Shown piece after piece: positions 50,177 through 53,102 of a stretch of 53,102 nucleotides of DNA (positions are counted from its first letter, which is position 1; every line of letters begins with the position of its first letter). Under the pieces are notes generated by a model, which was not told where the DNA came from, ran no database searches, and saw only the letters and a program-made list of their open reading frames with translations. Origin of the DNA: Macrostomum lignano (lineage: Eukaryota); the NCBI GenBank assembly GCA_002269645.1, contig NIVC01003029.1:1-53102 (forward strand), given 5' to 3'. The position numbers were made by a program, and so were the translations under genes.

Positions 50177-51060
50177 GTGCCAGCCTGCATGTTCACCCAG
50201 AACTGTTCCGTTACCGTGGCAACCAGGCGATTTTGCACCCATTGTCGGCTACAAAAATGCATACAGGTTGGCATGCGACCGGAGCTAGTTAACGCTGATG
50301 AAGTTCGCGGTAAGAAACTGAGACGAGAGGCGCCGCCGCAACTGCAGCAGCAACAGCAGCAGCAGCATCCACAGCAGCAACAACCACAACAACAGCCTCT
50401 CCAGCTGCCTCAGCAGCAGCCTTCTCTGCACATTCCTGCCACCGAGGAACCGTTGACGTCGCCAATGCCGACCCCAGCAGCAGCGGCGCCCGGCCCTGCC
50501 GCAGCAGCAGCCGTGCAGCAGCAGATGGTGCTGAACCCCGCACTGCACGCGGCCGGTGGCTGCCGCTCTCTCACGCACGAACAGTGGCTAGCGGTGTCCG
50601 ACTTGCACCAGGCGTACGAGCTCAGCTTCTCGGACACGTCCGAGGACGCCACTCCGGCCGGGTGTCGCAATCTGAACACCCTGGTGAACTCGTCCTGTTT
50701 CATAGTTAAGAAGCTCATTCTGTTCGCTAAGAAGCTGCCAGATTTTATCGGCCTGGGCCAGGCCTGCCAGATTGCTCTGTTGAAGGGCGCCGTCATCGGG
50801 ACGCTGTTCCTGCGCTCCGCGGTGCACTACGATCGGGAACGCGACGTCTGGGTTACACCGAAAGGCGACGTGCCAACCGCCATCCTGAAGGACATACCCG
50901 GCTTTGCCGAGCTGCACGACGATCATTTGAAATTCTGCCGCCTGTTTAAAGACTTGCTGCGGGACCCGTTCCTGGTGCCGCTGGTGCAGGTGCTGGCACT
51001 GTTCACCCCCGATAGGCCTAACGTCACCGACCGGAGCGCTGTGGCCGATGTGCAGGACAG
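50177..51060 (+). CDS. HR96: HR96/NR1J-type nuclear receptor, coding exon 2 (second zinc finger, hinge, most of the LBD)
   Basis: Acceptor aaacaccag. CMFTQNC..TRRFCTHCRLQKC; FAKKLPDF..L..ACQIALLK LBD signature. Donor AG|GTGCGA, phase 2. Confidence 0.92.
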
Positions 51061-51075
51061 GTGCGACTCGTGGGG

Positions 51076-51076
<1 letters not shown>

Positions 51077-51119
<43 letters not shown>

Positions 51120-51122
51120 GAC

Positions 51123-51183
<61 letters not shown>

Positions 51184-51266
51184 GACTGTCTGTCTGACTG
51201 TCTGTCTGTCTGTCTGACTGTCTGTCTGTCTGTCTGTCTGTCTGACTGTCTGTCTGTCTGTCTGAC

Positions 51267-51311
<45 letters not shown>

Positions 51312-51386
51312 GACTGTCTGTCTGTCTGTCTGTCTGTCTGTCTGACTGTCTGTCTGACTGTCTGTCTGTCTGTCTGTCTGCCTGCC

Positions 51387-51437
<51 letters not shown>
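51077..51437. repeat. (TCTG)n microsatellite filling HR96 intron 2
   Basis: Direct reading. Confidence 0.97.
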
Positions 51438-51500
51438 TTATAGTCCCATTAATAGGCTCGTGCGTGTAATGTTGGCAATTGGGTTGACCCATTCACCCAG

Positions 51501-51807
51501 ATACATCTGCCTGCTGAAGCACTACTTAGAAGGCCGCTGCGGCTTCACCGAAGCACGACGCCTGCTGCCCCGGATTCTGTCGGCAATGGAGGAGCTGCAC
51601 GACCTGGCTGGCGGTCACGGCCGTCTCCTGCTGCACGTCAATCCGGCCGAGGTCGACCCCCTCCTGCTAGAGGTGTTCGACATTGCCAAAGCCGCCACCG
51701 CCGCCTCTGGCTCCGCACCATCGTCCACGTCGACGGCAACCGCCGCGGCTCCGCCTATGGTTGGCGGCGTGCCAATGTGCGTTTATCAGCGCAGGCCTGC
51801 TGTGTAA
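51501..51807 (+). CDS. HR96: HR96/NR1J-type nuclear receptor, coding exon 3 (LBD end, AF-2)
   Basis: Acceptor ttcacccag, phase 2. RYICLLKHYLE; AF-2-like VDPLLLEVFD. Three exons total 1578 nt = 525 aa plus stop. Confidence 0.9.
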
Positions 51808-51902
51808 AGGGCGCGGATTCTGATTGCTCATAAAGAAGTGCGCATAAAAACGTCTAATTTAATGGTTGGCTAACCTGATTAGAGTGGTTATTTTTGCTAA
51901 GA

Positions 51903-52195
51903 TAAAGCTCAGCGATAGACGCGTCCGACTCTCGCGCCGCGACCCCTGGTTCAAAATTCAGCTCCCAAGGCAGAGTGTACATGCCTGACGATTAGAAAGT
52001 CATGGCCGCTGTACACCCTGTGTGAGCGTGTGTGTGAGTGCTGTGACTGCGTACAGTATTAGCGGCCTTGTATTGTGCTCAGGAGTCAGTGGAATGGGCA
52101 GAATTGCCGTCAGCGCTGGCTGTGGGACGATGTCTTTGAAGGCATTACGCCAGGGTGCCAGTAACCGTCCTGCAGATATTACTATTATTATTAAT
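51903..52195 (+). mobile_element. tRNA-derived SINE
   Basis: A-box-like AGCTCAGCGATAG (51906), B-box-like GGTTCAAA (51948), body shared with two other copies, (ATT)n-like tail. Confidence 0.8.
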
Positions 52196-52738
52196 ATATG
52201 AAAATATAATAGATGGAAAATTTGCTCTGGGCAAGTCACGTGCTTTCATTTGTTGGCCCCAAGATCATATATATATACACATGATGGGCCACTCGTTAAC
52301 CATTTATGTGGCCATAAAAGCTTATAAGAAAAAATTTGCAACTCGCGACAGCGCGAAAACCATAACTACTGAACTCAATGTCGTCAGTAGTCTGTGCAGT
52401 GCATGCATCATTCTTAGTTTGGTTGAGTAGCTATTTTTTAATTCATGAAAATTTCGATCACATTCTCAAAAAATAGCGTCTATGTCCTTAAGCTACTGAA
52501 CTCAAAATTTAAGCATCCCATGTCGGCTTTTTCCGCACAAGTGACGAGAAACAGCGATCTATGGTTGGCGTCCCTCAGAAAAAAAGTCGTTTATTTCCAG
52601 TGAGACATCCAGTGGAGTTTGGCCATAGACAAGTGACAAATATTAAGGAAATTCACATTGCTGTTGTCAATTTTTTCCTCACAGCTTGTTGACTTGACTA
52701 ACTCAGTGCTGAAAGTTAAGCAGAATTGCGCATTAGAC

Positions 52739-53102
52739 CACAGATATCGATACTAGAATTACTAGATGGGCTACTCAGCACATTTGCGTGTAAGCTACTT
52801 TCAGTTCAGTAGCAAGTTAAACGGAAGCATTTTAATGTATTTTAAAGCCAAGGCTCATTTATTGGCCCTGACCCCAGCTTAAACCCTCCAACCGCGCCTT
52901 TCCACACTGCCCCCGCCCCGCCCCAATTTTTATTGCCTTTCTCGGAATTCCAGCCTAAAGCCGCCATGTACATTCCAGTGGACTGGCCAATGTACATTAT
53001 TGCTGAGCTGAACCAATTAGCAAGTTGTTTACGCCTGCAAGCTTGGGCTTCTAAACTTATCAAAGTCGTTTAAGCTGCCTTTATTTTTATAAAATAGCTT
53101 AT
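52739..53102. mobile_element. Second copy of the 21001-21449 hAT-type MITE, truncated by the window end
   Basis: Begins cacagat...actagatgggctact and is co-linear and highly similar to 21001-21360. Confidence 0.85.

Noticed and set aside
51983-52006. CTGACGA-TTA-GAAA-GTC in the SINE (also near 19250 and 22035), resembling a hammerhead core
   Set aside because: No room for stems II or III; better explained as a GCCTGAC/GTCAGGC hairpin, and one copy has CTGACGG.

Overview
Animal genomic DNA: GT-AG introns, no prokaryotic operons, no CRISPR. The density of 15-45 bp minisatellites and the gene content resemble a free-living flatworm such as Macrostomum, but that is inference. Three intact spliced genes lie on the + strand: a solitary Hox3-class gene (13564-20628, 301 aa), a USP30-like deubiquitinase (42960-47381, 452 aa) and an HR96/NR1J nuclear receptor (49129-51807, 525 aa). 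The rest is about 20 tandem arrays and a set of transposons: an apparently intact piggyBac, a 5.2-kb Mutator-like element carrying PHD+FLYWCH, decayed mariner, hAT and MULE transposases, a truncated LINE, tRNA-derived SINEs, hAT-type MITEs and a foldback element. Two signals stand out. (1) A transposon block at about 32-38.5 kb has lost almost all CpG and also shows CpA/TpG->TpA and CpG->TpA changes on both strands, a RIP-like or non-CG-methylation-like scar. (2) Two short elements carry Penelope-type minimal hammerhead ribozyme motifs and abut (TATC)n microsatellites. All calls were made by eye from the sequence and ORF track with no database searches. Array boundaries are approximate. Most long ORFs in the supplied track are repeat artefacts.
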